Assembly: GCA_030698495.1 (NCBI GenBank)
Contig: JAUYKA010000008.1
Location: forward strand, 14,895 to 78,894
Origin: a bacterium
GTDB taxonomy: Bacteria; Patescibacteriota; Andersenbacteria; UBA10190
DNA: 64,000 nucleotides
Reading direction: 5' to 3'
This document shows, in pieces, positions 1 through 11,209 of this stretch. A program made the position numbers and the translations under genes. The first letter of the stretch is position 1, and each line of letters opens with the position of its first letter. The notes under the pieces were generated by a model, which had not been told where the DNA came from, searched no databases, and saw only the letters and a program-made list of their open reading frames with translations.

Positions 1-225
1 TTTAATGCCAGTCCACATGATTACGTCGTGGTAATGAAGGACGAGGTAGGCGCGACAGGATGGTTTGTGCGGGCGCGATTGGAGAACCACCATGATGATA
101 AGGCGGGATTTGATGAAGAGCAGGGGCGAAATTATTATTATCGCTATGTTAATCCGACTAATTCAACTTTCTACGAAGTATGCGGCGGGGAGTTGCGCTG
201 TGATTTTAGCGGAGTTAGGGAATGA
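1..225 (+). CDS. C-terminal fragment of a hypothetical protein. The ORF is open to the window edge.
   Basis: The frame of ORF 28..225 has no stop codon back to position 1. I recognise no motif. Confidence 0.3.
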   Translation, partial: FNASPHDYVVVMKDEVGATGWFVRARLENHHDDKAGFDEEQGRNYYYRYVNPTNSTFYEVCGGELRCDFSGVRE

Positions 226-310
226 TGAATCGGTTGATTAAAAAAAGCGGCGTGGTGTTGGTGGTTAAGGTGTTGTTGTTTGTTTTTGTAGCGGTGTTAT
301 TTGTCGGTTA

Positions 311-2273
311 TTGTCTGGTCAACTGGAAAAATTATATGATGGAAAATCATTAAATTATAACCTTGCTTTTTCTTTGCGTCATACTGCTTTTGTAGATGAA
401 GGTGTGCGCCAAGGATTGCTGGCGGGGATAGCAGTTTTACTAGCAATGTTTCTGGTATCGCGAATTCAGTCTGGACGTTGGCGTTGGATAGCAGTGTTAG
501 TGGCGGCGGCGGTTCTGTTTCCGTTAGGAGTGCTGGGGTTTTGGTACTCGACTGGTAAGTTGGGAATAGCGGATTGGGATTTGAATAAAGCGGTACAGGA
601 CTCTTATCGTATTGCTATCTTAAATTATCGTCAGCTGCCGTTGTGGAATCCTCTTGCTTGCGGCGGCGGCGCGGGATTGGCGAATCCGGAAAATTCCATT
701 TTTTCTCTGCCTTTTTTATTTGTGCTGTTAGCAGGAACACTGACGGGTTTTAAAATGGGGATTTTGTTTTCAATAATAGTTCTGGCAATGGGAATGATAA
801 TCCTGGGAAAGGCGGCGCGCTTGACGCCCCTCGGTGCTTTTTTAGCGTCTTTAACGGTGGTAGCGGGTAGCGCTTTTGTTTTGCGTTTGGTGGAGGGGCA
901 TGTTTATATCGCTTTTGCTTATGCTTGGATTCCCTGGGTGTTGTGGGGCTGGTATAAGGCCTACGCCAATTTTCAATTTTCATAGAAATACCAAGGCACA
1001 AAAAATAGACAGGGGCGGCGTTGGTTTGAAAATTGGTCATTGGAAATTCAATGAAAATTGGTCATTGAAAATTGGAAATTTTAACTATTATTCTCTTCTC
1101 ACCGGTATCTTTCTGGCTCTGATGTTTTACTAGGGGGGTATTTATCCTCTAATGTACACGGGTTTTATTTTGCTCTTTTTGGTATTGGTGGCAAGACGAA
1201 AGGTAAGAGCATTATTAGTAACAGTGGTAAGCAGTGTTTGGGCGTTGGGCCTGTCGGCGTTCAAATTGGTGCCGGCTTTGTTTTGGATGAGCGGAGTTCA
1301 TCAAGGGGCCTACACGCAGTCCAGTTATACTTGGCGTTATTTAGGAAAAATATTTTTAGGACGCAACTGGCATGGTGCCAATGTTTTTTATAACCAGGGT
1401 ATAGGCTGGCATGAGTATGGGGCTTATGTTGGTCCGGTGATAGTTGTATTGGCGATAGTGGCGCTATTGGGTTGGCGGCGGGATCGGATAACGCGGCTGC
1501 TGGTGATTGGTGTGGTAATTACAATTACAGTGTCCACGCTTGGTCCGTTGGCGGGAGCGGCGCTGGCAAAGTTAGAGTTTTTACCCCGTTCGAATGTTTC
1601 CCGGTTGGTTCTTGTGGGTGTAATACCGCTGGCGTTATTGGCGGGCAAAGGGCTGGATGTGTTGGGTAGTCGCCGGTGGTTGTGGTGGATACCGGCAGCG
1701 ATGATCGGGTTGGCGGCGATAGATTTATTTACTTTGTCTTACCCTGTGTCTACGCAGGCGTTTACTATGGATGCCGTGCGAGAGAAGATGCCGGTACTTG
1801 TTAACCCGATTGCGTATAGCCGAGCGAGATATCCCGAAGGTCGGGGCGGTAGGGAATACACGCGTTTTTCCGCGTTAGTGGAGCAGGGTTACGGCTGGCT
1901 TGATTATTGCCCCCCGCTGAACCCTTCTCCGGCGGTAGTGAGCGCGGAAGCTAACGCTAAGGCACAATTCGCGGAAATAAAAGGAGGTGGGGAAGCCAGG
2001 GTTAGCGGTTGGTCGCCAAATGGTTTTGATGTTGATTACCGGGCGGAGGAGGAATCGATAGTTGTTTTTAACGAGAACTTTGGGTTTGGTTGGACGGTTA
2101 ATGGCGCGCCCGCGTTGAACGACAAGGGGCGGCTGGCAGCGAAGGTGCCGGCGGGAGAGGGACAAATAAAGATGAGATATAGAGCGCGGGGAATAGGGGT
2201 CGGCATAGCTATAGTCATCGCAACGGTTGGACTGGTTATAGGGTTAATGACAAGCAAACGTAGGTTTAGGTAA
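311..2273 (+). pseudogene. YfhO-family (GT-C-like) membrane glycosyltransferase, apparently disrupted. The N-terminal TM part is in frame +2 (311..985) and the C-terminal part in frame +3 (876..1133 and 1152..2273).
   Basis: The N-terminal piece has multi-TM helices and the motif LPLWNPLACGGG, shared with the two downstream paralogs (FPLWNPYFCGGSP and LPVWSNLFGFGQP). The C-terminal piece has TMs, a beta-rich domain and a terminal TM like the paralogs. Pieces are separated by an AT-rich repeat tract and TAG stops at 983..985 and 1131..1133. Confidence 0.5.
966..1090. repeat. AT-rich short direct and inverted repeats that interrupt the YfhO-like gene. The recurring unit is gaaaattggtcattg(g)aaatt.
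   Basis: gaaaattggtcattggaaatt lies at about 1027..1047 and gaaaattggtcattgaaaattggaaatt at about 1059..1086. The inverted partner ccaattttcaattttc lies at 966..981. Confidence 0.5.
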
Positions 2274-4712
2274 CTATTCAACTTTTGAAAGTACGATCAG
2301 GATTGTGATGGCAGATACTAAACTGATGAGACTGCCCCAAATAAAAGAGTTTGGCAGAAACTTTATAGTGATTGTTTGTCCGATATCCGCGGCGGATATA
2401 TAAAATGCGGGGCGGAAGTTTTGGGCGAAAACTGAACGATTCGACGCGCGCCAACCGGCGGCGTATTTTTGGTTGACAATGATCGTATCTTGGCCGTTGT
2501 CCGGTGTAATTGAGTTTACTTTGAAGGTAATTTTGTTGGGGGTGTATTGTATTAATGTAATACCGCTGCCGTTTTGCGCGAATAATTCGCCGCGGTATCG
2601 CTCGTTTTGGTGTCCGGTTATGGAGGCGTTAGATTGCCAGAGTTGAAGATGCGCCGGGCACTGATTGGCGGCACCGTCGCCTGCGTTGACGGTATGATAG
2701 CTGATGTCATTTCTGTTTTCTTCTTGGGTGAAGGTATTGCCATAGGGGCTGGCGGTTATAGGGGGCAGACTAAATATCTGCTGCCATGGATATGCCGCTG
2801 TCAGACTAAGATCTATGAATATTATACCTGCAACAATTGTAGTAACGGCGGGTCTAAAAGCAATTGGTAAGAAACGATTGATAATGGTTTGGGTGCCCAT
2901 GGCCGCCAGAAGAGAAAGGGCGAGGACAACCATAATCATTGCTCTGCCGGAGTTGCGGAGTTGGTTGAGTACGGGGAAAAAATCAATAAAGCTATGACTG
3001 GCAGGGGCGGTTACAATAAGCAAAAAGGAGAGACCGGATATGATAAAAAGGAAAAAGAGAAGACGGCGGCGTACTTGAAGGATGGCGGTTAAACCGGCAA
3101 GCGCTAATATTAGCGGAAACCAACCGATATAGGAGGAGTATTCGTGCCAAGGTTGTTCCAGCCAAGGCAGGAAATAATATAAATCAATATGTCGGTCGAG
3201 GAGGACGGTGGGTACATGAAGCCAGGGAGTGCCGTTGTTTTTTGCGAGTGCTCCGCTGACATAGCGGAGAAAATCCAGGATAGGCAAAATTTTTATAGCA
3301 CCCAGGGAGAGGGTTAGAATAAAAAATATACAAGTGTTGCGAATGATGGTTGATCTTAGGGGTGAGAGAAAGATAGCAACAAGAGCAGAAAATAAGATTA
3401 TAAAAAGAGATATATAGGTTACTAGATGCACGCGGCCTTCCAGTAAAATAAGAAGTAAAAATATTACCGACATAATAATATATCGGCGTTTCCTGAAAGA
3501 GCGGAGAAAGTAATAAAAAACCCAGGGGACCCAGGCCACTGATAGCCAGAGGAGTTGTCCGGCGGCAAGATGACTAGAGACGAAGCCATTGCCCATAAAT
3601 ATAATTGCTGGAATCAGGGCGGATGCTTTACTTAGCTTTAATTGGAGAGAGAGTAAATATGATCCTATAAGCCCAAGTGCTAGGTATGTGGTAATGGCTA
3701 TTTTAGAACCGATTATATCTCCGAAAACAATAGTGAGAAGGAAGGTTAGGGATGGCCAATAAGTTTGTGGATTGCCCCAACTGGGCGAGCCGCCGCAAAA
3801 GTAGGGATTCCAGAGGGGGAATTGTCCGGCCGCTAAGCTGTGCCGGGCGGCGCTGTAATGACTGGCCGCTTCGGTCCAGTCCCATGTCCCCCAATTGGTT
3901 GCGTTTTGATATACCGGTAAGGAGAAAAACAAAGCCAGGATAATAAATAATAAAATAGGCGGAGATGACAGGAGGCGGTGACTTTTAATTTGTCTGGCTA
4001 TTAAAAGTGATTCGATAGCAACCAGAGCTAGAAAAACAATGAGTACGATGTCGTATAGGCGTGATTGTTCGAATATCAAAGATTGAAGCCGTTGCAGAAA
4101 AGAGGCGCGGTAATAAGTGCGGAAGCTTAAGCTATTGGGTTTTACGCGGCCATTAACGGATATACTGCCGTCGGTGTATTTTGTGGCATCAATTTCCGAT
4201 GGAAGTAGTAATCCTTCGGCATCCGTTCGTAAGGAAAATTGGGAGGTAGTACCGGTTTTTAGAGAAACCGGTTCAAATCGGAATAACAACCAGCGGCCGG
4301 GTGTCAACGACTGTTCATTAAGAGCCGGTTGATTCGATTGCGAAGTAATAAGAAAATTTTGTATGTTATCGGTGCGGCTGACGACTATGGTTCCTGACGA
4401 AGACTTGACGGTAAAAGTTCCGTTAATATTTTTATCACCGGCAGTGTCCGGCTTGATTTGGACGGCGATGCCCGAGATAGGCTGACGTGTGACCAGGAAA
4501 CTTTGTGTGATTGTGTCGTGGGCGTCGAAGGTATGTTCGGAGCCAGGGAGAACGGCGAGTGATTGATCGGTAAGATTGGACGGCGCTGCAAGGAAAGCCA
4601 AAACAAAGCGCGCGGAGATAAAGACGATAACCAGGCAAATAATAACAGCAAATGACGCGGTTATTATCGATGTGGGTTTTAGCGCGGAACTATGAAAGAC
4701 TGGATCGCGCAT
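2274..4712 (-). CDS. YfhO-family polytopic membrane protein, a putative GT-C glycosyltransferase for extracytoplasmic glycosylation.
   Basis: 812 aa with more than 10 TM helices and the motif AAGQFPLWNPYFCGGSPSWGNP. It has a large C-terminal extracytoplasmic domain with AAGWRASN and a final TM anchor. Confidence 0.7.
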   Translation of the reverse strand: MRDPVFHSSALKPTSIITASFAVIICLVIVFISARFVLAFLAAPSNLTDQSLAVLPGSEHTFDAHDTITQSFLVTRQPISGIAVQIKPDTAGDKNINGTFTVKSSSGTIVVSRTDNIQNFLITSQSNQPALNEQSLTPGRWLLFRFEPVSLKTGTTSQFSLRTDAEGLLLPSEIDATKYTDGSISVNGRVKPNSLSFRTYYRASFLQRLQSLIFEQSRLYDIVLIVFLALVAIESLLIARQIKSHRLLSSPPILLFIILALFFSLPVYQNATNWGTWDWTEAASHYSAARHSLAAGQFPLWNPYFCGGSPSWGNPQTYWPSLTFLLTIVFGDIIGSKIAITTYLALGLIGSYLLSLQLKLSKASALIPAIIFMGNGFVSSHLAAGQLLWLSVAWVPWVFYYFLRSFRKRRYIIMSVIFLLLILLEGRVHLVTYISLFIILFSALVAIFLSPLRSTIIRNTCIFFILTLSLGAIKILPILDFLRYVSGALAKNNGTPWLHVPTVLLDRHIDLYYFLPWLEQPWHEYSSYIGWFPLILALAGLTAILQVRRRLLFFLFIISGLSFLLIVTAPASHSFIDFFPVLNQLRNSGRAMIMVVLALSLLAAMGTQTIINRFLPIAFRPAVTTIVAGIIFIDLSLTAAYPWQQIFSLPPITASPYGNTFTQEENRNDISYHTVNAGDGAANQCPAHLQLWQSNASITGHQNERYRGELFAQNGSGITLIQYTPNKITFKVNSITPDNGQDTIIVNQKYAAGWRASNRSVFAQNFRPAFYISAADIGQTITIKFLPNSFIWGSLISLVSAITILIVLSKVE

Positions 4713-7539
4713 GGGCTGATACGGGGTAGATTATAAGGCAAAAAACCAATATTAAAGCAACGAGTGTGATAATTTTGGCTTGGGCGATTGCGGGCGAGTG
4801 GTAGCGGAAAGTTACCGTGTGGTTGCCGGCGGGAACGTAGGCGGTTTTAAACACGGTATCGGCGACGTAGTACGGCGCCGGTTGGCCGTCTATGGTAGTT
4901 TGCCACATAGGCAGGGTGCTGTCGGTGACCACCAGCCAGGCGGCATTTTGCGTATCCACGTTAACGGTAGCTTCGCCGTCGCCGTAATCAGTAATAGTAG
5001 CAGTGCCGATAACGGGCGGATTATTGAGCGTGTCGTCGGCGGGAGGCTTCGGGCCGGAGACATATATCAATTCCGCGGGATTGAAATTGTTTTGCGTCAT
5101 GGCGGCGCGCGCTTCGTCATCGGCCGGCTGAAAAATCGCGTTTGGTACCAGAAAGGCTTTGGGAAAGGCTTGGGGGTTGATGTAGAGATTGGCGGAACCG
5201 ATGTTAGTGTCGACACTGTCTGTTAACTGAAAGTTATTGGCCGGCATATTGTCTTGGCCCTGCGGCGGAACTATTTGGGCCAAATGAGTGACGCCGGCCA
5301 GGTCTAGGGTTTTGCGATGGCGCTGGATGGCGTGTAAGCCCTCGCCATCGAAGGGTTGATCGTTGTCGTTGGCAAAGAATGTTTCGATGAATTCCCGATA
5401 AGGCCGGATGGATAGAGCGCCAATCCAGCGGGCGCTGCTGGTATTGGCAGTGGCTTGTAAGTGTCGGGCAAAGATAAGATTTTCGGGGTCGGTTTGCGCG
5501 GAAGAAGTTTCGGCGACTTCCAGACGGTTATACTTCTGCGACTGTTCGATTTGTTCGGTGGTGGGGTTGGCGACGCGGACAAAATAGGCTGATTTGGCGG
5601 TGGAAGTGGAATAAGTGTAAAGGCTGATGCCGTTATCTGTTTGGGATTTAAAGGAAAGATAATAAGTGGCATCGGGAGAGGGGAGGCTTACGTTAAAACA
5701 AAATGTTTGATCGTGAACTTGTGAGATATTGTAGGCGGTAATTGTTTGCGTGGCTACAGGTGGTCCGGTAACTGTTTGGCTTAACGCAATTTCTATGTTG
5801 CCGTCAGCGTTAGGCGGTGCGTACATGGGGGCTGAAAAACAAGGATTATTTGTATTATGGACAATAATAGGCTGGTAAGCGGAAAAATCCGGAGATAAAA
5901 GCGAAGTTGGTTTGATAGTGTACTTGTTGGCGTCTGTTAAGATGGTGTCGCGACTGTAAAGGCGTGGCGGGACGGCGTTATCCAGAGTGTATTGTTCAAG
6001 AGGTGAGGCCAGCGGCGACCGGACGGCTAAAGAAGGCAGCGTCGTTGGATTATAGGCGAAGCCATAAGCGACTAGAGAAAAAGACGCCGTTATAACCAGG
6101 GCCGGCGGCCAGAGGTTAGCGGCGCGGGGGAAACGATGGATAAAAATTCCAAGCAAGAAAACGATCAGGCCGATCAGGGCAATTACGAGCTGCCAGTTGT
6201 AGGTTTTAAGAAGACTGATAAGGCGTGCGGTGATAGTTGGGTCGTGCAGGGATAACAGAAAAGGCAGGAAAATTAAAAGGACTATGAAGGCAGAGAGCAA
6301 AACAGCAAGAGGAGTACGTTTGGGTTTTTTTGTCAGTGATTCAAATCCCAGGGCAGCTAAAATGGCGACGGCAAAATCAACGAAGTAGACGAAGCGGCCA
6401 GCGACGCTAAGGGTGGTTAGGTAACGGTGTTCGACAAGATATCGATAAACGGGCGAATATTGACCCAGGGCAAGTGCGATACCCGATAAAAACAGGATAA
6501 GGGCGGCAATACGCAGCTGTTTATGGTCGCGCCAGTAGAATAAGGAAACGGCTGTCAGCAGTAACGGGATAATACCGGTGAACGCGGCCAGTTCCTGAAA
6601 GCCTTTGGCGCCCCAGTAACGGGCGTGGTCGCCGAAGAAGTAAGGCGCGACTAATGTGATGGCGTGAGCCGGAGGATAACTAAAATCAAAGAGTTCTGTT
6701 TCAGGCAGGTCGGCGTTGCGTTCGGTGAAGGGGATAAATTCTTTTAAAGGGAGGATGGAGAAGGAAGAGAGAGATAAGGCGAGAAGGGCGGAGATAAGAG
6801 TATATACTATGACTAGTGATGTGTATTTTATGATTGAATTGTTAAATTGCTGAATTGTTAAATTGCTTTTTAGGTTAGCGAAGAACAAGGCTAGGCCGAC
6901 AGTGGCAGCGATGATGAAGCTATATAAAACTACTTGTGGTTGGGCGGACATCGTCATGGCAGTGGCGATCAGAGCCATGGCGGCGGCGGCGCGGCGGCGG
7001 GGGCGGTCAAGAAAAGATTTGATGGCGACCAGTAGCCAAGGCAGTAGCATGACGCCGGTATAGAAGTTAACGTGGTTGAGATGGCCGATATTAAAACCGG
7101 AAAAGGTGAAGACAATAGCGCCGAGGGCGGATGAAAGTTGGGATAGGTTAAACTTTCTCAAGAAAACATAAAAACCGGTAAGGCCAATGAGAAAATATGT
7201 TACGACTGATATTTGCAGCAAGATGAGCGGTGGGATATAAAGGGCGCGCATGAACAAATGGAGGGGCGTGAAGAAGCCGAGTTGCCCCCAGGCCATTAGC
7301 GGCTGACCGAAGCCGAACAGGTTGCTCCAGACCGGTAGCTGCCAAGAATGCTGAAACCGCGCGTAAACGGTTTCCAGGGGGTAGTAAATTATTTTTAGAT
7401 CGTCGAGGAAGTAGAACCTTTGTCCGGAGATTATTGGAAAGAAAAAAAACAGCCAGGCTCCGGTAATAATTAACAACCCGGTTCTGTTTTTTGAGACTAA
7501 CGAGAGCAGTTTTTGAAATAAAATAGCGGGGCTTGCCAT
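4690..7539 (-). CDS. YfhO-family polytopic membrane protein, a paralog of the 2274..4712 gene.
   Basis: 949 aa with a multi-TM N-terminus and the motif SWQLPVWSNLFGFGQP. It has a long soluble domain and a C-terminal TM. Its stop overlaps the start of the downstream paralog by 23 nt. Confidence 0.7.
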   Translation of the reverse strand: MASPAILFQKLLSLVSKNRTGLLIITGAWLFFFFPIISGQRFYFLDDLKIIYYPLETVYARFQHSWQLPVWSNLFGFGQPLMAWGQLGFFTPLHLFMRALYIPPLILLQISVVTYFLIGLTGFYVFLRKFNLSQLSSALGAIVFTFSGFNIGHLNHVNFYTGVMLLPWLLVAIKSFLDRPRRRAAAAMALIATAMTMSAQPQVVLYSFIIAATVGLALFFANLKSNLTIQQFNNSIIKYTSLVIVYTLISALLALSLSSFSILPLKEFIPFTERNADLPETELFDFSYPPAHAITLVAPYFFGDHARYWGAKGFQELAAFTGIIPLLLTAVSLFYWRDHKQLRIAALILFLSGIALALGQYSPVYRYLVEHRYLTTLSVAGRFVYFVDFAVAILAALGFESLTKKPKRTPLAVLLSAFIVLLIFLPFLLSLHDPTITARLISLLKTYNWQLVIALIGLIVFLLGIFIHRFPRAANLWPPALVITASFSLVAYGFAYNPTTLPSLAVRSPLASPLEQYTLDNAVPPRLYSRDTILTDANKYTIKPTSLLSPDFSAYQPIIVHNTNNPCFSAPMYAPPNADGNIEIALSQTVTGPPVATQTITAYNISQVHDQTFCFNVSLPSPDATYYLSFKSQTDNGISLYTYSTSTAKSAYFVRVANPTTEQIEQSQKYNRLEVAETSSAQTDPENLIFARHLQATANTSSARWIGALSIRPYREFIETFFANDNDQPFDGEGLHAIQRHRKTLDLAGVTHLAQIVPPQGQDNMPANNFQLTDSVDTNIGSANLYINPQAFPKAFLVPNAIFQPADDEARAAMTQNNFNPAELIYVSGPKPPADDTLNNPPVIGTATITDYGDGEATVNVDTQNAAWLVVTDSTLPMWQTTIDGQPAPYYVADTVFKTAYVPAGNHTVTFRYHSPAIAQAKIITLVALILVFCLIIYPVSAHARSSLS

Positions 7540-8632
<1,093 letters not shown>

Positions 8633-8653
8633 ACCGCCAAGTACTTTATTAGT

Positions 8654-9475
8654 ATGCCGATTATAAAAGACTACATAATTAAAACTACTCTAAAAGGGAT
8701 AGAAAACACGGTCGGGTTGTTTGGTAAAGAGTTGTCAATCGGCGGTGAAAGGGGAGAGGTAACTTTATTTATGGGATTGCCAAAAGACATGGATCCTGCT
8801 TTTCAGCGCATATATAAAGAATGCCGTCCTTACACAATGACTTCTGTAGAGCGAATGTATGCCCTATACCAGGCCACAAAATATATTATTGTTCAGCATC
8901 TTCCTGGTGATTTTGTCGAGTGCGGGGTGTGGAGGGGAGGAAGTGTGATGCTGGTGGCTAAAACTCTTAAAGAACTTGGCGTAACTGATAGGCGTATACA
9001 CCTATTTGACACATTTAAGGGGATGACTACTCCAACTGACCGTGATGCAAGGATATCTGACAATCTGCCGGCAACTTCCCTATGGAAGACGCAAGCTCGC
9101 GGTGACTATAACGAATATGCTTATGCTCCCCTTGAAGATGTGCAGCGAAACTTGTCGACTACGGGATATCCCGAGGAAAATTTTGTTATTGTTGCCGGTC
9201 CAGTGGAAGAGACTTTACCACGATTAGCCCCACCAAAAATTGCTCTTTTGCGTTTAGATACGGACTGGTATGAGTCTACTAAACATGAATTGGAACATCT
9301 TTTCCCGCTGCTTGTACAAAATGGCATTCTAATCATTGATGATTACGGGCATTTCACCGGTGCACGGGATGCAGTTGACGAATATTTTAAGGAGAAAGGC
9401 ATTAATCTTCTATTAAACAGAGTGGACTACACTGGGCGATTGGCTATTAATACCGCGCCGCAAAATAACGGCTAA
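8654..9475 (+). CDS. TylF/MycF-family SAM-dependent sugar O-methyltransferase.
   Basis: The motifs FVECGVWRGGSVM and LRLDTDWYESTK are typical of macrocin O-methyltransferase-like class I methyltransferases. Confidence 0.8.
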   Translation: MPIIKDYIIKTTLKGIENTVGLFGKELSIGGERGEVTLFMGLPKDMDPAFQRIYKECRPYTMTSVERMYALYQATKYIIVQHLPGDFVECGVWRGGSVMLVAKTLKELGVTDRRIHLFDTFKGMTTPTDRDARISDNLPATSLWKTQARGDYNEYAYAPLEDVQRNLSTTGYPEENFVIVAGPVEETLPRLAPPKIALLRLDTDWYESTKHELEHLFPLLVQNGILIIDDYGHFTGARDAVDEYFKEKGINLLLNRVDYTGRLAINTAPQNNG

Positions 9476-11151
9476 TTTGCTCTGTTTTTCGCCGCGTAAA
9501 TTTCTTGCTCGTCGAGCAAGTTGATTGGAATAACAAATTTTCCTTTAAGCAGGTTGTTTGGTGTGGAAGGTTTAGCGTTTAGATGCTTGCTCGCGCGGTA
9601 GAGAAGGTAACTTAGGCTAAAATAGCGGGTGTGCGAGGTGGCTTTAATGATGGAGAGATTGTGTTTTTTCAAGAGGACAGCCAGGGACTTTCGGGAAAAA
9701 TAGTGAAGATGAGAAGGAAAAATGCAGTACCATGAACGTCCCATCATTTTAGCCAACAAACTATCAAAGCGAGGAGTAGTTAGCACAAATAAGCCATCAG
9801 GTTTTAGTAAGCGCGCTGCTTGAGAAATTAATTTTTGGGGTTCGGGATGGTGTTCAATAACGTCTAGCATAGCTATAACATCAAAACTGGCGCTATCTAA
9901 TTTAGCGAGAGCGTTGTTATCAGTTTGAATATTTGTTAAGCCAAATTCAGCTTCGGCATAAGAGGCTGAGGCAATTGAAGGCTCGATACCGGTAACCCGC
10001 CATCCCTGCTTTTTTGCTTCATTTAAGAAGAAGCCTGGCCCAGCCCCTATATCAAGAAGGTGCCCCGGTTTTTTATTGGCTGAAATCCTGCTTAGGATTT
10101 TACGCGCTGTTTTTTGTCTGGTAACTTTTTCTGATAGATAGACTGTGTCTAAGGGTGCGTATTTATAGAGATGAGAGAGCTGTTCAAAGCTGTTGTTGAG
10201 GGGCGTGAATCCATGAGAGCATGAGGGGCAGCGGTAAATTGGCAATTGCTTATTTGTGTCTTCAATAGAGATGCGGTATTGGTGCTGTTTGAAGAAAACG
10301 CTTGGTTTAATATTTCCTTTTTGAAACAGTTTTGTTTTGTGGCTGCAAATGGGACATTTTTGAGGCGACAGGCTGCCGCTGGGCTTAAGGGTTTTAAGAG
10401 TTGACAGGCCATATTTAACTGATGATGCAAAAGGGATAGACGACGATTCGTTTGTATAGCGGCAGGGGATGGCCGCTTCGGCAAAACGGAATTTTTGGCG
10501 GGCGGCGGAGGCAATCATTTCCGAGTCAAAGACGAAGCTGTCAGAGAACTCTTCGAAAGGCAGCGACTCTAAGAGTTGTTTTGAGTAGGCCCGGTAACCG
10601 GAGTGACATTCTGACAGCGATATTCCCAAAATTTTATTTTGTAGAAAGGTGAGCAGCCTGTTGCCCCAATATCGCCACCAAACCATGCCGAATTCTCGCG
10701 GGTCTTGTTTTAAAAATCTTGAACCAATAACAAAATCGGCTTCCTGATGTAAAATTGGCTTGATCATTTGCGGCACATAGCGCGGATCATACTGAAAATC
10801 AGGGTGTATCATTACCACAATATCCGCTCCATGCTGCAAGGCTTCCTTGTAACAGGTTTTCTGGTTTCCGCCATAGCCCTTGTTCTGCCGATGTTTCACG
10901 ACCTTTAACCCGTCTATTGTTTCAGCAACCTTGACCGTATTATCACTACTGGCATCGTCTACCAAAATCACTTCATGAACATGGGTTTTTGGTATGGCTT
11001 TGTATGTTTTGGCCAGTGTTTGCTCGGCGTTGAAGGCCGGTAATACTGCGATGATGTATGGCTTTGGTTGTGCAGGCTGATCGTTGTCGAAACTCCTGAT
11101 AGCAGTTGACTGTTTCTCTGTTTTGGTTGGCTGTCTTGTTAATACGTCCAT
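9472..11151 (-). CDS. Fusion protein: an N-terminal GT2 (GT-A) glycosyltransferase, a CxxC...CxxC zinc ribbon, and a C-terminal class I SAM methyltransferase.
   Basis: The N-terminus has AVLPAFNAEQTL...VILVDDASSDNT...VIGSRF, which is DPM/GtrB-like. The middle has CPICSH...CPSCSH. The C-terminus has LLDIGAGPGFF...FDVIAMLDVIEHHPEP...LKPDGLFVLTTP. Confidence 0.75.
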   Translation of the reverse strand: MDVLTRQPTKTEKQSTAIRSFDNDQPAQPKPYIIAVLPAFNAEQTLAKTYKAIPKTHVHEVILVDDASSDNTVKVAETIDGLKVVKHRQNKGYGGNQKTCYKEALQHGADIVVMIHPDFQYDPRYVPQMIKPILHQEADFVIGSRFLKQDPREFGMVWWRYWGNRLLTFLQNKILGISLSECHSGYRAYSKQLLESLPFEEFSDSFVFDSEMIASAARQKFRFAEAAIPCRYTNESSSIPFASSVKYGLSTLKTLKPSGSLSPQKCPICSHKTKLFQKGNIKPSVFFKQHQYRISIEDTNKQLPIYRCPSCSHGFTPLNNSFEQLSHLYKYAPLDTVYLSEKVTRQKTARKILSRISANKKPGHLLDIGAGPGFFLNEAKKQGWRVTGIEPSIASASYAEAEFGLTNIQTDNNALAKLDSASFDVIAMLDVIEHHPEPQKLISQAARLLKPDGLFVLTTPRFDSLLAKMMGRSWYCIFPSHLHYFSRKSLAVLLKKHNLSIIKATSHTRYFSLSYLLYRASKHLNAKPSTPNNLLKGKFVIPINLLDEQEIYAAKNRAN

Positions 11152-11209
11152 GGATATTAGCAGTTTATGGCTTTGTGCGCTGCGGCGCGCTCTGATATGA
11201 TATTACACT

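Noticed and set aside
983-1133. In-frame TAG codons in the split YfhO-like gene might indicate stop-codon reassignment or an alternative genetic code.
   Set aside because: Other well-supported genes terminate with TAG, for example the 11210..13066 gene. TGA and TAA also terminate good ORFs, and 600 to 950-aa ORFs are intact in the standard code. A frame change is also needed, not just read-through. A disruption or sequencing frameshift is more parsimonious.
750-5672. Short antisense or out-of-frame ORFs nested inside the YfhO-like genes (750..1040, 1424..1648, 1875..2165, 2607..2870, 4780..5226, 5304..5672 and others).
   Set aside because: They lie entirely within longer, motif-supported ORFs on the opposite strand or in another frame and have no recognisable motifs. 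They are typical shadow ORFs in GC-balanced coding DNA.
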